Below, one piece after another: positions 50,745 to 59,662 of a stretch of DNA of 64,000 nt; within the stretch, counting starts at the first letter, position 1; each line of letters opens with the position of its first letter. The translations under genes and the position numbers were made by a program. The stretch lies in the sequence record NC_042116.1. One strand, 5' to 3'. The notes beneath the pieces were generated by a model. That model was given only the letters and a program-made list of their open reading frames with translations. It did not search any database and was not told where the DNA came from.

Positions 50745-50870
50745 GTGGGGTTAGCTCAGTTTGGTAGAGCAACGAAAGAAACCAAAATGGAATCTTGAAA
50801 AGGATTCTAACAGCATTATATCTTCTACTGTAAATTCGCGGGTCGGTGTGTTCAAATCCACCACCCCACA
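50745..50870 (+). ncRNA. tRNA interrupted by ACAGCA module (Tyr-type loop CTGTAAA)
   Basis: GTGGGGT/ACCCCAC, D arm GCTCAGTTTGGTAGAGC, ACGAA/TTCG, insert GAATCTT-gaaa-AGGATTC-ta-ACAGCA. Confidence 0.75.
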
Positions 50871-51025
50871 CAAAATTGGTAAAAAAGCTCTGCTGTGGGA
50901 CATTATATTCATCCACATGTTATTAGTTATTTTAAACAATCTGGTGAATATTTCAATGAATTGGATAAAACCGAACCAAGTAAATCAGATGTTGGTGGTG
51001 AATCAACAATAACTGGAAAATAAAA

Positions 51026-51388
51026 ATGAAAGTATATATTGATGACATTCGCGATCCAAAAAAGTACTTGACACCAGAACAGGCCGATGGTATTGTATGG
51101 ATTAAAGAAGCATGGAATGCACGTAACTTTTTAGTTGAACATGAATCCGTGATTGAAGTACTTCATCTTGATAATTACCTTGATGATGAACTCATTACCG
51201 GAACAGATATATTCTTTATGGTTGCAGGTGAAACCATATGGGGTGATCGGTCAGAATGGGCTAATCTTAAAACAATTTATTTGCATTCATCAGATACTGA
51301 TGTAATTGAAAAGTTGATGAAATATAAAGATGAGCTTCAAACAGCAGGGGTTGAATTAATTGACAACCACCAAGAAAGGAACTACTAA
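51026..51388 (+). CDS. cyclic-phosphate-processing receiver-like protein
   Basis: 'VYIDDIRDP...W.K....A...LHLDNYL...G...IYLHS'. Confidence 0.6.
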   Translation: MKVYIDDIRDPKKYLTPEQADGIVWIKEAWNARNFLVEHESVIEVLHLDNYLDDELITGTDIFFMVAGETIWGDRSEWANLKTIYLHSSDTDVIEKLMKYKDELQTAGVELIDNHQERNY

Positions 51389-51748
51389 ATGAAAGTTTAC
51401 GTAGATGATATTCGTAATCCAGCTAACCATCTCAGTACTGAACAGGCTGATGGTATTATTTGGATTAAAGAGTGGTGGGAAGCACGTAACTTCATTTTGA
51501 AGAATGGATTAGATATTGAAGTATTGCACTTTGATAATTTCTTAGGTGATCCAAATCATCGAACTGGTGGTGATATTCTAAGTTCAGTAATGTATCGTTT
51601 AAAACGTGGTAAATTTCCTAATTTGAAACAAATTTATTTACATAGTTCAGATAAAGAAGTAATTGATAAATTATATGATTCATTTATTGAACGTTGTAAT
51701 GAATATGGAATTGAGTTAATAAAAAATTCACGTCCAAATCGTAGTTAA
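51389..51748 (+). CDS. cyclic-phosphate-processing receiver-like protein (tandem paralog)
   Basis: 'VYVDDIRNP...LHFDNFLG..TG.D...IYLHS'. Confidence 0.6.
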   Translation: MKVYVDDIRNPANHLSTEQADGIIWIKEWWEARNFILKNGLDIEVLHFDNFLGDPNHRTGGDILSSVMYRLKRGKFPNLKQIYLHSSDKEVIDKLYDSFIERCNEYGIELIKNSRPNRS

Positions 51749-51754
51749 ACAAAT

Positions 51755-51875
51755 GGCGAGTTAGCTCAGAGGTAGAGCACGTAGAAACCAAGGATTCTAG
51801 TACTAGATTCCCGCAGCAACAATAACTCATACTATGATAAAGTCGTGGTCGGGGGTTCAAATCCCTCACTCGCCG
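51755..51875 (+). ncRNA. tRNA interrupted by GCAGCA module (Ile-type loop ATGATAA)
   Basis: GGCGAGT/ACTCGCC, D arm GCTCAGAGGTAGAGC, insert GGATTCTAG-ta-CTAGATTCC-c-GCAGCA, ACT-ATGATAA-AGT stem-loop. Confidence 0.75.
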
Positions 51876-51940
51876 CAAATAAATATCATTTTTCGAACCA
51901 ACTGTGATAAATAAAAATAAATCATAGAGGGTTCGAAAAA

Positions 51941-52573
51941 ATGAAACAATGTTTAAATTGTAATAATGAAATTGATGATAAGAAAAAGTTTTGCAATAGT
52001 TCGTGTGCTGCAAAGTACAATAATTCTCACAGGATATTATCGGAAGAAACAAAATCTAAAATTTCTAAATCTTTAAAAGGTCGAGAAGTTAAATTTATTG
52101 AAACTGAAAATGTTAAGTCTGGAAGACTTCGAGCGGGTGCTAAACGGAGAGAGGCAGCATTGGAACAATTGATGAAACGTGATTTTAATGATTTAAGTTT
52201 GGTAAGAAAAAAGAAACGTGTTAGAATAGAGCAAGAAAATAAATGTTTCAGGTGTGGATTGAATGAATGGATGAATGAACCATTAATATTAGAAGTTGAT
52301 CATATAGATGGTGATAATACTAATAATATAAGAGAAAATTTACGTGCATTATGTCCAAATTGTCACTCACAAACTGACACATGGAGAGGTACGAATTCAC
52401 GAAAAGTAAAAATTTCTGATGATGATTTAGTATCTATATTAAAAGAATCTAAATCCATACGAGATGCAATTTTAAAGGCTGGCATGTCAATTACTAGTCA
52501 TAGTTATAAAAGAATAAACTTATTAATTGAGAAATATCATATTAATTTTTTACTAAGGGTAAAGGAGGTATAA
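51941..52573 (+). CDS. HNH homing endonuclease
   Basis: CLNC..FCNSSC; 'CFRCG...LEVDHIDGDN.NN..ENLRALCPNCH'. Confidence 0.85.
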   Translation: MKQCLNCNNEIDDKKKFCNSSCAAKYNNSHRILSEETKSKISKSLKGREVKFIETENVKSGRLRAGAKRREAALEQLMKRDFNDLSLVRKKKRVRIEQENKCFRCGLNEWMNEPLILEVDHIDGDNTNNIRENLRALCPNCHSQTDTWRGTNSRKVKISDDDLVSILKESKSIRDAILKAGMSITSHSYKRINLLIEKYHINFLLRVKEV

Positions 52574-52575
52574 TT

Positions 52576-52782
52576 ATGTTCCTTGATGAAATTAAACACG
52601 TTCCGTTTCCTAGTTATAAATCATTAGAAAAGGCACGTACTGAATCATCTAAATCAATTAATCCAACAACATATGATCGTTATAAAAAATATCATTATCC
52701 AGTAGGTACTGAATTTCGTTTAGCAAAAGCTATTGATTCTTTAATTGTTAAAATTAAAAAGGTAATTAAATATGTCAGTTAA
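52576..52782 (+). CDS. hypothetical protein
   Basis: 68 aa, GGAGG RBS. Confidence 0.6.
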   Translation: MFLDEIKHVPFPSYKSLEKARTESSKSINPTTYDRYKKYHYPVGTEFRLAKAIDSLIVKIKKVIKYVS

Positions 52783-53377
52783 ATTTACTCCAGTAGTAAC
52801 GTCGTTAACAAATACACTTGTTGTTGAATTAGAATACGAACATGGTGATGCAGATGCAACTACATATGACTATGCATCCATCTCAGTACTTCCTGAACAG
52901 AAACAAACTATTGGGGGATTGCTTTCAATTATTGAGCATGGTTTAGAATGCCAGAATGCCGAACGATATGATGACACTATTGATCCATTTTTTGTTGATG
53001 AAACAGTAACCTATGACAATGACCAAGGTATTCCATTAGTTGGAGTTGAAATTCGTTTTGGTTTTGATTATAATGCTCCGAAAGAGAAAGGAACTGTAAT
53101 TGAAGTTGATCATGACCAGCAATATATTATTGTTCGTTCAGCAACGGGTGAAGTACACCAATTAGAATTTGATGAACTTGAAGATTGTATTACTTCATCG
53201 ATTGGTATTATGGTAATGGATGGTAGTGAAATCAGCTTTACATATAATGGTATTAGTGTTAACATTGGTAGTGTTGGTGATTGCACAGTTGACCAGCAAT
53301 ATAATGCATCAGGTGGTATTAACGCAGTTTATTACTATGATGAAAATGGTATTAAATACATTGTAACTGATTATTAA
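52772..53377 (+). CDS. hypothetical protein (HGD.D family)
   Basis: 'EYEHGDAD...YYYDENG.K'. Confidence 0.7.
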   Translation: MSVKFTPVVTSLTNTLVVELEYEHGDADATTYDYASISVLPEQKQTIGGLLSIIEHGLECQNAERYDDTIDPFFVDETVTYDNDQGIPLVGVEIRFGFDYNAPKEKGTVIEVDHDQQYIIVRSATGEVHQLEFDELEDCITSSIGIMVMDGSEISFTYNGISVNIGSVGDCTVDQQYNASGGINAVYYYDENGIKYIVTDY

Positions 53378-53583
53378 AATTTGCGGGAACGCTTGACAAA
53401 CTGCCAAACACCCCGTTAACATAGGGGGTTGTTTATGAAGTACTTTTATGAAGTATTAATTGTATTAGTAATTTTGGTTGGTCTTATTGCTTTCTGGTTA
53501 AAAAGTTTATTAATTTCAATACTAGGAATATTAATATTCTTAGTTGGATGTTTAATTGAATACGTTGTTAATAGGATAAAAAC

Positions 53584-53943
53584 ATGAAACATTTTCTTGA
53601 AGTATTATTTGTTGCTATTGCAGTAGTTGCTATGATGTTAGGTTATACAGTAATTGCAATTTGGTCAGCAATGTTTGCTATTATCTTTTGGGCTGCTCCT
53701 AATTCATCAGTTAAAAAAACTCCTGAAGATTATCTTAATGAATCTCGTAAATTAAACGTATCAGGAGCAGAGGTTGAGTTTGAATTTTTATCGGATAAAG
53801 GTAAAACTTTTACAGTTAAATTAGAACCTCATTTGTATATTAATGATGATATGCTTATGGATAGTTTGGTAGAATATATCGTTAAACACACTGGAATTCA
53901 AACCAGTTCTGAACGTTTAAATATCATTTCTATAAAAAAATAA
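53584..53943 (+). CDS. membrane-anchored hypothetical protein
   Basis: N-terminal hydrophobic segment. Confidence 0.65.
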   Translation: MKHFLEVLFVAIAVVAMMLGYTVIAIWSAMFAIIFWAAPNSSVKKTPEDYLNESRKLNVSGAEVEFEFLSDKGKTFTVKLEPHLYINDDMLMDSLVEYIVKHTGIQTSSERLNIISIKK

Positions 53944-53977
53944 TTATTAAAAACCCTTTTTTAAGGGTTTTTTAATT

Positions 53978-54063
53978 GGGGATATGGTGTAATGGTAGAC
54001 GCAGGGGATTCAAAATCCCCCGCCCTTAGTGGCGTGTCAGTTCGAGTCTGACTATCCCCACCA
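53978..54063 (+). tRNA. tRNA-Leu(CAA)
   Basis: GGGGA-TTCAAAA-TCCCC, long variable arm, CCA. Confidence 0.9.
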
Positions 54064-54183
54064 AATATTTTAATTAAACTCATTTTTGTACTTGACATAA
54101 ATCAAGAAATGTCTTACAATGTGTATATGTTCAGTAATGAACTAAACCGTTGTTAAACTATAAATTACCTTTTGGGTGAAAAA

Positions 54184-55770
54184 ATGAAAAAAACTTTATT
54201 AGCGTTATCTATTGTAGTAGCATCAATGACTGCATTTAACGCAACCGCAGCAGTCTCTTTAAAATCATCAGGCGACCAATTTGGTCCGGCTATGTCTGAT
54301 TTACTGCAATCAAATGAAAACGGTAACTGGAATCAGCAACGATTCATGAACACGTTCAATAATCGCTTTAATGGTACTGAAGCAGAAGCATTAGCATTGT
54401 TTAATGCTGTAAAAGGTGGTAATGTTCCAACATCCCTTGATAGCTTTAATAGTACTTTACCATCTTCAGGTGGTACTGTCACAAAAGGTGATAAGGGCGA
54501 TAAAGGTGACAAAGGCGAAAATGGTGCAGATGGTACAAAAGTATCATTAACTCCAGATGGTACTATTACATTGGATGATGGTAAAGGTGGAACCGTTCAA
54601 CAAGATTTGGCTACACAAGCTGAATTAAATCAAGAACGTTATAAACTTGAACAAAAAGATAAAGAACACGATGTTACTCTTACTGATCATGAAACTCGTT
54701 TAGATACAGTCGAAAATATGACGAATGGTTTAAATGTCGTTGTAGGGACTAATAAACAAGATATCGAAGAATTAAAAGACGGTAAAGCAGACAAAAAAGA
54801 TCTGGATAAAGAAGTTGCAGATCGTGATGCTGGTGATAAAGTACTAGATTCTAAAATTGATAATGTAGTATCAAATCAATCAAGTACTGATGCTGCACAA
54901 AATGCCGCCATTGATAGTAAAGTAGATAAAACTACACAAGCAGCGAAAGATTCAGCTCAAGATACTGCTATTGGTAATAAAGTTGACAAAAGTCAATATA
55001 ATACTGATAAAGTAATTCAGGGTATTCATGATGCTGCACAAGACAATGCAATTATCGGACTGGCAGTAACAAAAGCAGACAAAAAAGATCTGGATAAAGA
55101 AGTAGCTGACCGTAAAACCGCAGATAATAAATTGCAATCAAATATTGACAATGAAGCAAATGTGCGTAATAATGCAGATGTTGCATTGAAAAACAATATT
55201 GATAAAAATAAAGCTGACCAACTTGGTGTTGATACTGCACAAAATGCCGTTATTGATACTAAAGCAAGTAAGCAAGATTTAAACACTGAAGTTGATGAAC
55301 GTAAAGTAGCTGATAAAAAGTTGCAGAAAAACATTGACAATGAAGCAAATGTACGTAATAATGCAGACCAAGTTCTTAGTTCTCGCATTGATACAAATAG
55401 TACTACTTTAGTACAACACGACCAACGTATTACAAGTAACACACAACGTGTTGGTGTAGTTGAAAATCGTGTAACTAATTTAGAACAAAGTACTAATCGT
55501 CGGTTTACAGAATTAAAAAGTACTGTAGATGATAACCGTAAAGTTGCAAGTGCTGGTATTGCTGGTGCAGGTGCAATGGCAAATATTCCACAAGTATCGC
55601 AAAATAGTACTTTCTCTGTCGGTGCTGGTATTGGTGGTTATGATAGTGAGCAAGCAGTTGCTGTAGGATTCTCTGCTCGTATTAACAACAACATTGTAAC
55701 TAAGGTTGCTGTAAGTACAAATACACAATCCGAGTTGTTATGGGGTGCTGGTGTAGGTGTAGAATGGTAA
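54184..55770 (+). CDS. YadA-like trimeric autotransporter/adhesin protein with collagen-like repeat
   Basis: signal peptide MKKTLLALSIV..A; GDKGDKGDKGENG; repeated stalk motifs; C-terminal anchor 'SAGIAGAGAMA..PQ..VGAG.G.Y..EQAVAVG...GVGVEW'. Confidence 0.85.
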   Translation: MKKTLLALSIVVASMTAFNATAAVSLKSSGDQFGPAMSDLLQSNENGNWNQQRFMNTFNNRFNGTEAEALALFNAVKGGNVPTSLDSFNSTLPSSGGTVTKGDKGDKGDKGENGADGTKVSLTPDGTITLDDGKGGTVQQDLATQAELNQERYKLEQKDKEHDVTLTDHETRLDTVENMTNGLNVVVGTNKQDIEELKDGKADKKDLDKEVADRDAGDKVLDSKIDNVVSNQSSTDAAQNAAIDSKVDKTTQAAKDSAQDTAIGNKVDKSQYNTDKVIQGIHDAAQDNAIIGLAVTKADKKDLDKEVADRKTADNKLQSNIDNEANVRNNADVALKNNIDKNKADQLGVDTAQNAVIDTKASKQDLNTEVDERKVADKKLQKNIDNEANVRNNADQVLSSRIDTNSTTLVQHDQRITSNTQRVGVVENRVTNLEQSTNRRFTELKSTVDDNRKVASAGIAGAGAMANIPQVSQNSTFSVGAGIGGYDSEQAVAVGFSARINNNIVTKVAVSTNTQSELLWGAGVGVEW

Positions 55771-55835
55771 TTGGTTGAATACGTTAGGGGTACACTGTAC
55801 CCCTAAAATTTTAAGTTAGATAGCAGGAGAATTCA

Positions 55836-56345
55836 ATGTATACAGAAGAATATTGTGAAAACAATTTGATAAACATTGGAAAAGGTGCTTCCCGAACAGT
55901 TTTTGCAATAAATCTTGATTATGTAGTTAAAGTTGCACATAATAAATTTGGTGTAGACCAAAATATTCAAGAGATGAAATTGTTTCAAAAATATGGAAAG
56001 ATATTACCTCTTTGTAAAATAGATCTTTACCATAGTAATGAAAACTATATAATAATGGAACGTATTAATACTTTTAATGTAGAGTATAATGCATTTGATA
56101 TCACCCAAATAGATATGATATCACATTTGGTTTGTGTTGAACAAATTGATAATGATTATATTAGCACATTACCTCCAGTACTGGCAGAATTTGCAAATAA
56201 TTTACTCAGTAATGAATTAAGTAATGACGAAATTAGAAATGTATTGTATGATGTTGTACATTATAATGTTGGTATAAAAGATGGTAAGATATTAATTCTT
56301 GATTATGGATTTACTAAAGAATTAGATTCTGAATATTGGGAATAA
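55836..56345 (+). CDS. protein-kinase-like protein
   Basis: 'IGKGASRTVF..VVKVA..N.QE', 'DVVHYNVG...ILDYG'. Confidence 0.6.
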   Translation: MYTEEYCENNLINIGKGASRTVFAINLDYVVKVAHNKFGVDQNIQEMKLFQKYGKILPLCKIDLYHSNENYIIMERINTFNVEYNAFDITQIDMISHLVCVEQIDNDYISTLPPVLAEFANNLLSNELSNDEIRNVLYDVVHYNVGIKDGKILILDYGFTKELDSEYWE

Positions 56346-56467
56346 AAAATAGCTTGACATGATGATTTGAATTTGATATAATGTATATCACATCGACGGA
56401 TGATAAACGTAACTCTGGTACTTATGATTAAGTACTTTTTTGAAAATAAAATATAAGGGCTTTATAA

Positions 56468-56692
56468 ATGGCTAAGAACACAATTACTGATATTGGCGAA
56501 GTTGAACGTACTGTGAATTATATCAAGTTCCAGATCTCTCAAGCTGATGAGCAGCTTGCACCATTCGCTAACAGCGATAAGCCAAAGATTTGCTATGCAC
56601 ATCTGTTGGAGTGGAAAAAGCAGTTGCAATCTGAACTGTATGAAATCCGTCAGGCTCAGCAGAAAGCACGTCATAACAATCCACACAAGTAA
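56468..56692 (+). CDS. hypothetical protein
   Basis: 74 aa after TTGACA..TATAAT promoter. Confidence 0.65.
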   Translation: MAKNTITDIGEVERTVNYIKFQISQADEQLAPFANSDKPKICYAHLLEWKKQLQSELYEIRQAQQKARHNNPHK

Positions 56693-56752
56693 TAAGCCAT
56701 GCCGCCAACAATGCTGGCGGCGTCTTTTAAGTGATAACAAGAGTATATTATA

Positions 56753-56995
56753 ATGAAAAGTGCAACAGCGTTAAAAAATATGAATCAGCGTATTCAAACA
56801 TTACGTTCTCAACGGGATTTAGCTTGGTCAGATTGGAGTAAGTTAAATAGTATTGAGACTAAAACCAAAGATGAATCAAAAGATCTATCTAAAATTTCAG
56901 GTTTTATTAGTAAATTAAATTATGAAATTCGCGGTTTGGAATTGTCTTTTAATGAATTGAAAAAACAAGTCATTGATGAAATCATTTTGTCTTAA
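56753..56995 (+). CDS. hypothetical protein
   Basis: 80 aa. Confidence 0.6.
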   Translation: MKSATALKNMNQRIQTLRSQRDLAWSDWSKLNSIETKTKDESKDLSKISGFISKLNYEIRGLELSFNELKKQVIDEIILS

Positions 56996-57001
56996 TAAAA
57001 A

Positions 57002-57472
57002 ATGGGGTTAGTTATGGGTGTGATAGTTATTTACTGTATATTAGGTTCCCTTGGTTTATTCACATTGTATATGTTTGTAGTAACATCTGCAATGGGGACA
57101 GAACGACTTAAAACTTCTCAGTACTTTATGTCTTCATTGAGTTATTGTGAAGAAGCAACAACTAAAATTAATTTGTTGATTGATAAGTATGAAGCAGGGC
57201 TTATTAAAGCAAAATTAAAAAATAATGTAATTGAATTTACTGAAATGGAAAAAAATATTCCAGCAGGTGAAATCTGGATAGCAAATAAATATTTTTCATA
57301 TGGTCAGTTACATCGTTATGGTGCGAATGGAAATATCTCTTGGCAATGTAATAAACCAAGTTTAAAAACTTTTAAACGAATTATTAAACTTGAAAAACAG
57401 CTAAACGTTGCTCATCAAGAACCAGTACCGAAAAGTGCAAAATCAACAGATGAGCCTGTAATTTTGGACTAA
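57002..57472 (+). CDS. membrane-anchored hypothetical protein
   Basis: N-terminal TM; 'EIWIANKYFSYG', 'PSLKT'. Confidence 0.7.
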   Translation: MGLVMGVIVIYCILGSLGLFTLYMFVVTSAMGTERLKTSQYFMSSLSYCEEATTKINLLIDKYEAGLIKAKLKNNVIEFTEMEKNIPAGEIWIANKYFSYGQLHRYGANGNISWQCNKPSLKTFKRIIKLEKQLNVAHQEPVPKSAKSTDEPVILD

Positions 57473-57622
57473 GGGCGTAATTGCCCTATTTTAATTAAGA
57501 GATTTAAAATATACATTTGAGAACTTCATGGTATGGGAAAAGTAGTAAATTTCTTTCAAATGTTATCGTAAATATTTGAAACAACTAAAAAAATTGTGGT
57601 ATAATATAGTACATAAGGCAAC

Positions 57623-57738
57623 GGAATCTTACAGCAAAAATACTAATTTTGATGAAAACGAAACGACGAGGTTCGAATCCTCACCCACGAATTGCCTTAT
57701 TATTAGTGGGAGCATGGTGCTGGATAAACAAAGATTCC
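57623..57738 (+). ncRNA. ACAGCA-module element, permuted tRNA-like (Phe-type loop)
   Basis: GGAATCTT/AAGATTCC closing stem; TTTTG-ATGAAAA-CGAAA; T arm GAGG-TTCGAAT-CCTC; CCCAC/GTGGG. Confidence 0.65.
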
Positions 57739-57799
57739 AAAATTTAAGTTAGAAAAATATGAAACAAATCAAAAATTTGTGGTATAATATAAGAAGTAA

Positions 57800-57906
57800 A
57801 GCGGGATGGTGATTGATGAAAGCTGTTATTTGATTCTAGACAATCATAATAAGCGAGTAATAGAACAGGGTTCTTAATATCACATGGGTTCAAATCCCTG
57901 TCGCTG
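57800..57906 (+). ncRNA. degenerate tRNA-like element with expanded anticodon arm
   Basis: AGCGGGA/TGTCGCT, GGGTTCAAATCCC T arm, long variable region, GATT/AATC hairpin in place of the anticodon loop. Confidence 0.4.
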
Positions 57907-57921
57907 CACAAAAGCAACAAA

Positions 57922-58040
57922 TGAAATCTTACAGCAAACACAACATTTTTTCCTTGCATAGAAAAACGGTGGGGTTCGATTCCCCAACATCCAAGTTGCT
58001 TTTTAGGATGTGTCTGGACGACCGTATGACACAGATTTCA
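57922..58040 (+). ncRNA. ACAGCA-module element, permuted tRNA-like (Ala-type loop)
   Basis: TGAAATC/GATTTCA; TTTTC-CTTGCATA-GAAAA; GGGG-TTCGATT-CCCC; ACATCC/GGATGT. Confidence 0.65.
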
Positions 58041-58045
58041 GTACT

Positions 58046-58120
58046 GTTCCGTTAGACAAATTGGTATAGTCACCACACTTTCAATGTGGATTTCTGAGGG
58101 TTCAAGTCCCTCACGGAACG
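58046..58120 (+). tRNA. tRNA-Glu(UUC)
   Basis: GTTCCGT/ACGGAAC, CCACA-CTTTCAA-TGTGG. Confidence 0.85.
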
Positions 58121-58124
58121 CTAA

Positions 58125-58239
58125 AGGATTCGTACAGCAACAATAAACTCTTAAAATTCAATTGGTGAAAACAACCTTGCAGTTCGATTCTGCTTCCACA
58201 ATGCGTGGATCTGGTGGTGGATAGAAAAAACCGAATCCT
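58125..58239 (+). ncRNA. ACAGCA-module element, permuted tRNA-like (Phe-type loop)
   Basis: AGGATTCG/CGAATCCT; TTG-GTGAAAA-CAA; GCAG-TTCGATT-CTGC; TCCAC/GTGGA. Confidence 0.65.
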
Positions 58240-58277
58240 GATTTTAATTAAGAAGTACTAAAGAATTTGATACACAC

Positions 58278-58430
58278 GGATTTATACAGCAAACATAATC
58301 CTAAAATAAAACATACGATAATGTTATTAACTCGGAATTCGTTCCTTTCGTTAGTACTTGGCAACTTGGGTACTTAAATAAGTTGTATCACCTCATGTGT
58401 ATCGGATTAGTGGTGATTATAAATAAATCC
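58278..58430 (+). ncRNA. ACAGCA-module element (possible Arg-type loop TACGA)
   Basis: GGATTTA/TAAATCC closing stem + tACAGCA; AACAT-ACGATA-ATGTT hairpin; degenerate remainder. Confidence 0.5.
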
Positions 58431-58466
58431 AGTAAATCAAAAGTACCTTTATCGGTACTTTTTTAT

Positions 58467-58559
58467 GGAAGATTGGCAGAGTTTGGTTTATTGCACAGGT
58501 CTTGAGTACCTGCGGGGGTTAATAGCCCTCCGTGAGTTCGAATCTCACATCTTCCTCCA
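58467..58559 (+). tRNA. tRNA-Ser(UGA)
   Basis: CAGGT-CTTGAGT-ACCTG, long variable arm, CCA. Confidence 0.9.
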
Positions 58560-58577
58560 AATTTTATGTAGTACAAT

Positions 58578-58652
58578 GGGGTACGTAGCTCAGTCTGGTA
58601 GAGCAGCCATGCGAAAACGGTGTGTCGGTGGTTCGAATCCACTCGCTCCCCA
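58578..58652 (+). tRNA. degenerate tRNA-Phe(GAA)-like
   Basis: canonical D and T arms; anticodon stem only ~3 bp around GCGAAAA; acceptor mismatched. Confidence 0.5.
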
Positions 58653-58656
58653 CTAA

Positions 58657-58713
58657 GGAATCTAGCAGCAACCATAACCCAATCAAACTTTTAATTTGAC
58701 AATTATGGATTCC
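58657..58713 (+). ncRNA. minimal module + Lys(UUU) anticodon stem-loop
   Basis: GGAATC-ta-GCAGCA...TCAAA-CTTTTAA-TTTGA...GGATTCC. Confidence 0.7.
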
Positions 58714-58736
58714 AGTTATTTTAAGTTGAGAATAGC

Positions 58737-59141
58737 ATGACGGATAACGAAAAACTTGAAAATATATTAATTGAAGCATTGACAATAATTAATACTTCAA
58801 CATATAATTTTGAAACGTCCAAAGACGATTCAAAATCTAGATTTGTCTTATGCGGTAAAAGAGCACAACTTAAGTTGTACTTTTCTGCCAAATATGGTGA
58901 ATTAAGTATAGAATTTATTCATCACTTGATTGGAGATACCCTATCATTTCAGATTAATTATTATGATGATTCGGACGAAGATGATGATTACCATAATTTA
59001 TATGGTGAAATACGTATTCCAAGAACTGAAGAACAATACTTTCAGTACTACACAATTCAAGATCATGTTTTCTCTTTAGAGTTTTATAAATTATTAGAAA
59101 ACATAATGAACGAATTATTGGTAAAGTGGCAGAGCGGCTGA
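58737..59141 (+). CDS. hypothetical protein ('EExxFQ' family)
   Basis: 'TEEQYFQYYT'; 3' end overlaps tRNA-Ser. Confidence 0.65.
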   Translation: MTDNEKLENILIEALTIINTSTYNFETSKDDSKSRFVLCGKRAQLKLYFSAKYGELSIEFIHHLIGDTLSFQINYYDDSDEDDDYHNLYGEIRIPRTEEQYFQYYTIQDHVFSLEFYKLLENIMNELLVKWQSG

Positions 59142-59210
59142 ATGCAACCGCTTGGAAAGCGGTCAGGTTAGGTGATACTAGCCTCGTAGGTTCAAATCCT
59201 ATCTTTACCG
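59120..59210 (+). tRNA. tRNA-Ser(GGA)
   Basis: GGTAAAG/CTTTACC, ACCGC-TTGGAAA-GCGGT, long variable arm. Confidence 0.9.
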
Positions 59211-59260
59211 CAAAAGTAATAACCTCCTTATTAAAGAATACATACCCATAGGAGAATATT

Positions 59261-59617
59261 ATGTACGAGAAAGATGATGGTCCATTAACAGATGAACAAT
59301 TGTGTATTATTCGTGAAATGAATAGTCATTTAGAACAATCTAATTTAAGTATAGACTTGGATTGGTTAAATAGTGAAAAACAAGGAAATGCAATGTATTA
59401 CGACTACTATTACAAAATTGATGGTGAACTTCGTCGTCATACCAGTAATCAAGAGTTAACTGATGCGGAAATCAATAATATTTTTGGTGCAAGCAAACAT
59501 GTGGTAATGCTTACTCCAATTGTTTTTGAACGTGAGATTAGTACGGAAGATAAGTCTGGTAATAAAATTAAAAGTACTGAAAAAGTACACGTAGGATTTT
59601 TAGGTTACGTGGAATAA
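59261..59617 (+). CDS. hypothetical protein
   Basis: 118 aa, GGAG RBS. Confidence 0.65.
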   Translation: MYEKDDGPLTDEQLCIIREMNSHLEQSNLSIDLDWLNSEKQGNAMYYDYYYKIDGELRRHTSNQELTDAEINNIFGASKHVVMLTPIVFEREISTEDKSGNKIKSTEKVHVGFLGYVE

Positions 59618-59662
59618 TATAATTTATTGGATTCGAAAGAATCCTTTTTAAGTGAGATGATT

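Noticed and set aside
54783-55370. Direct DNA repeats as a mobile element or tandem array
   Set aside because: They are in-frame stalk repeats of the YadA-like protein.
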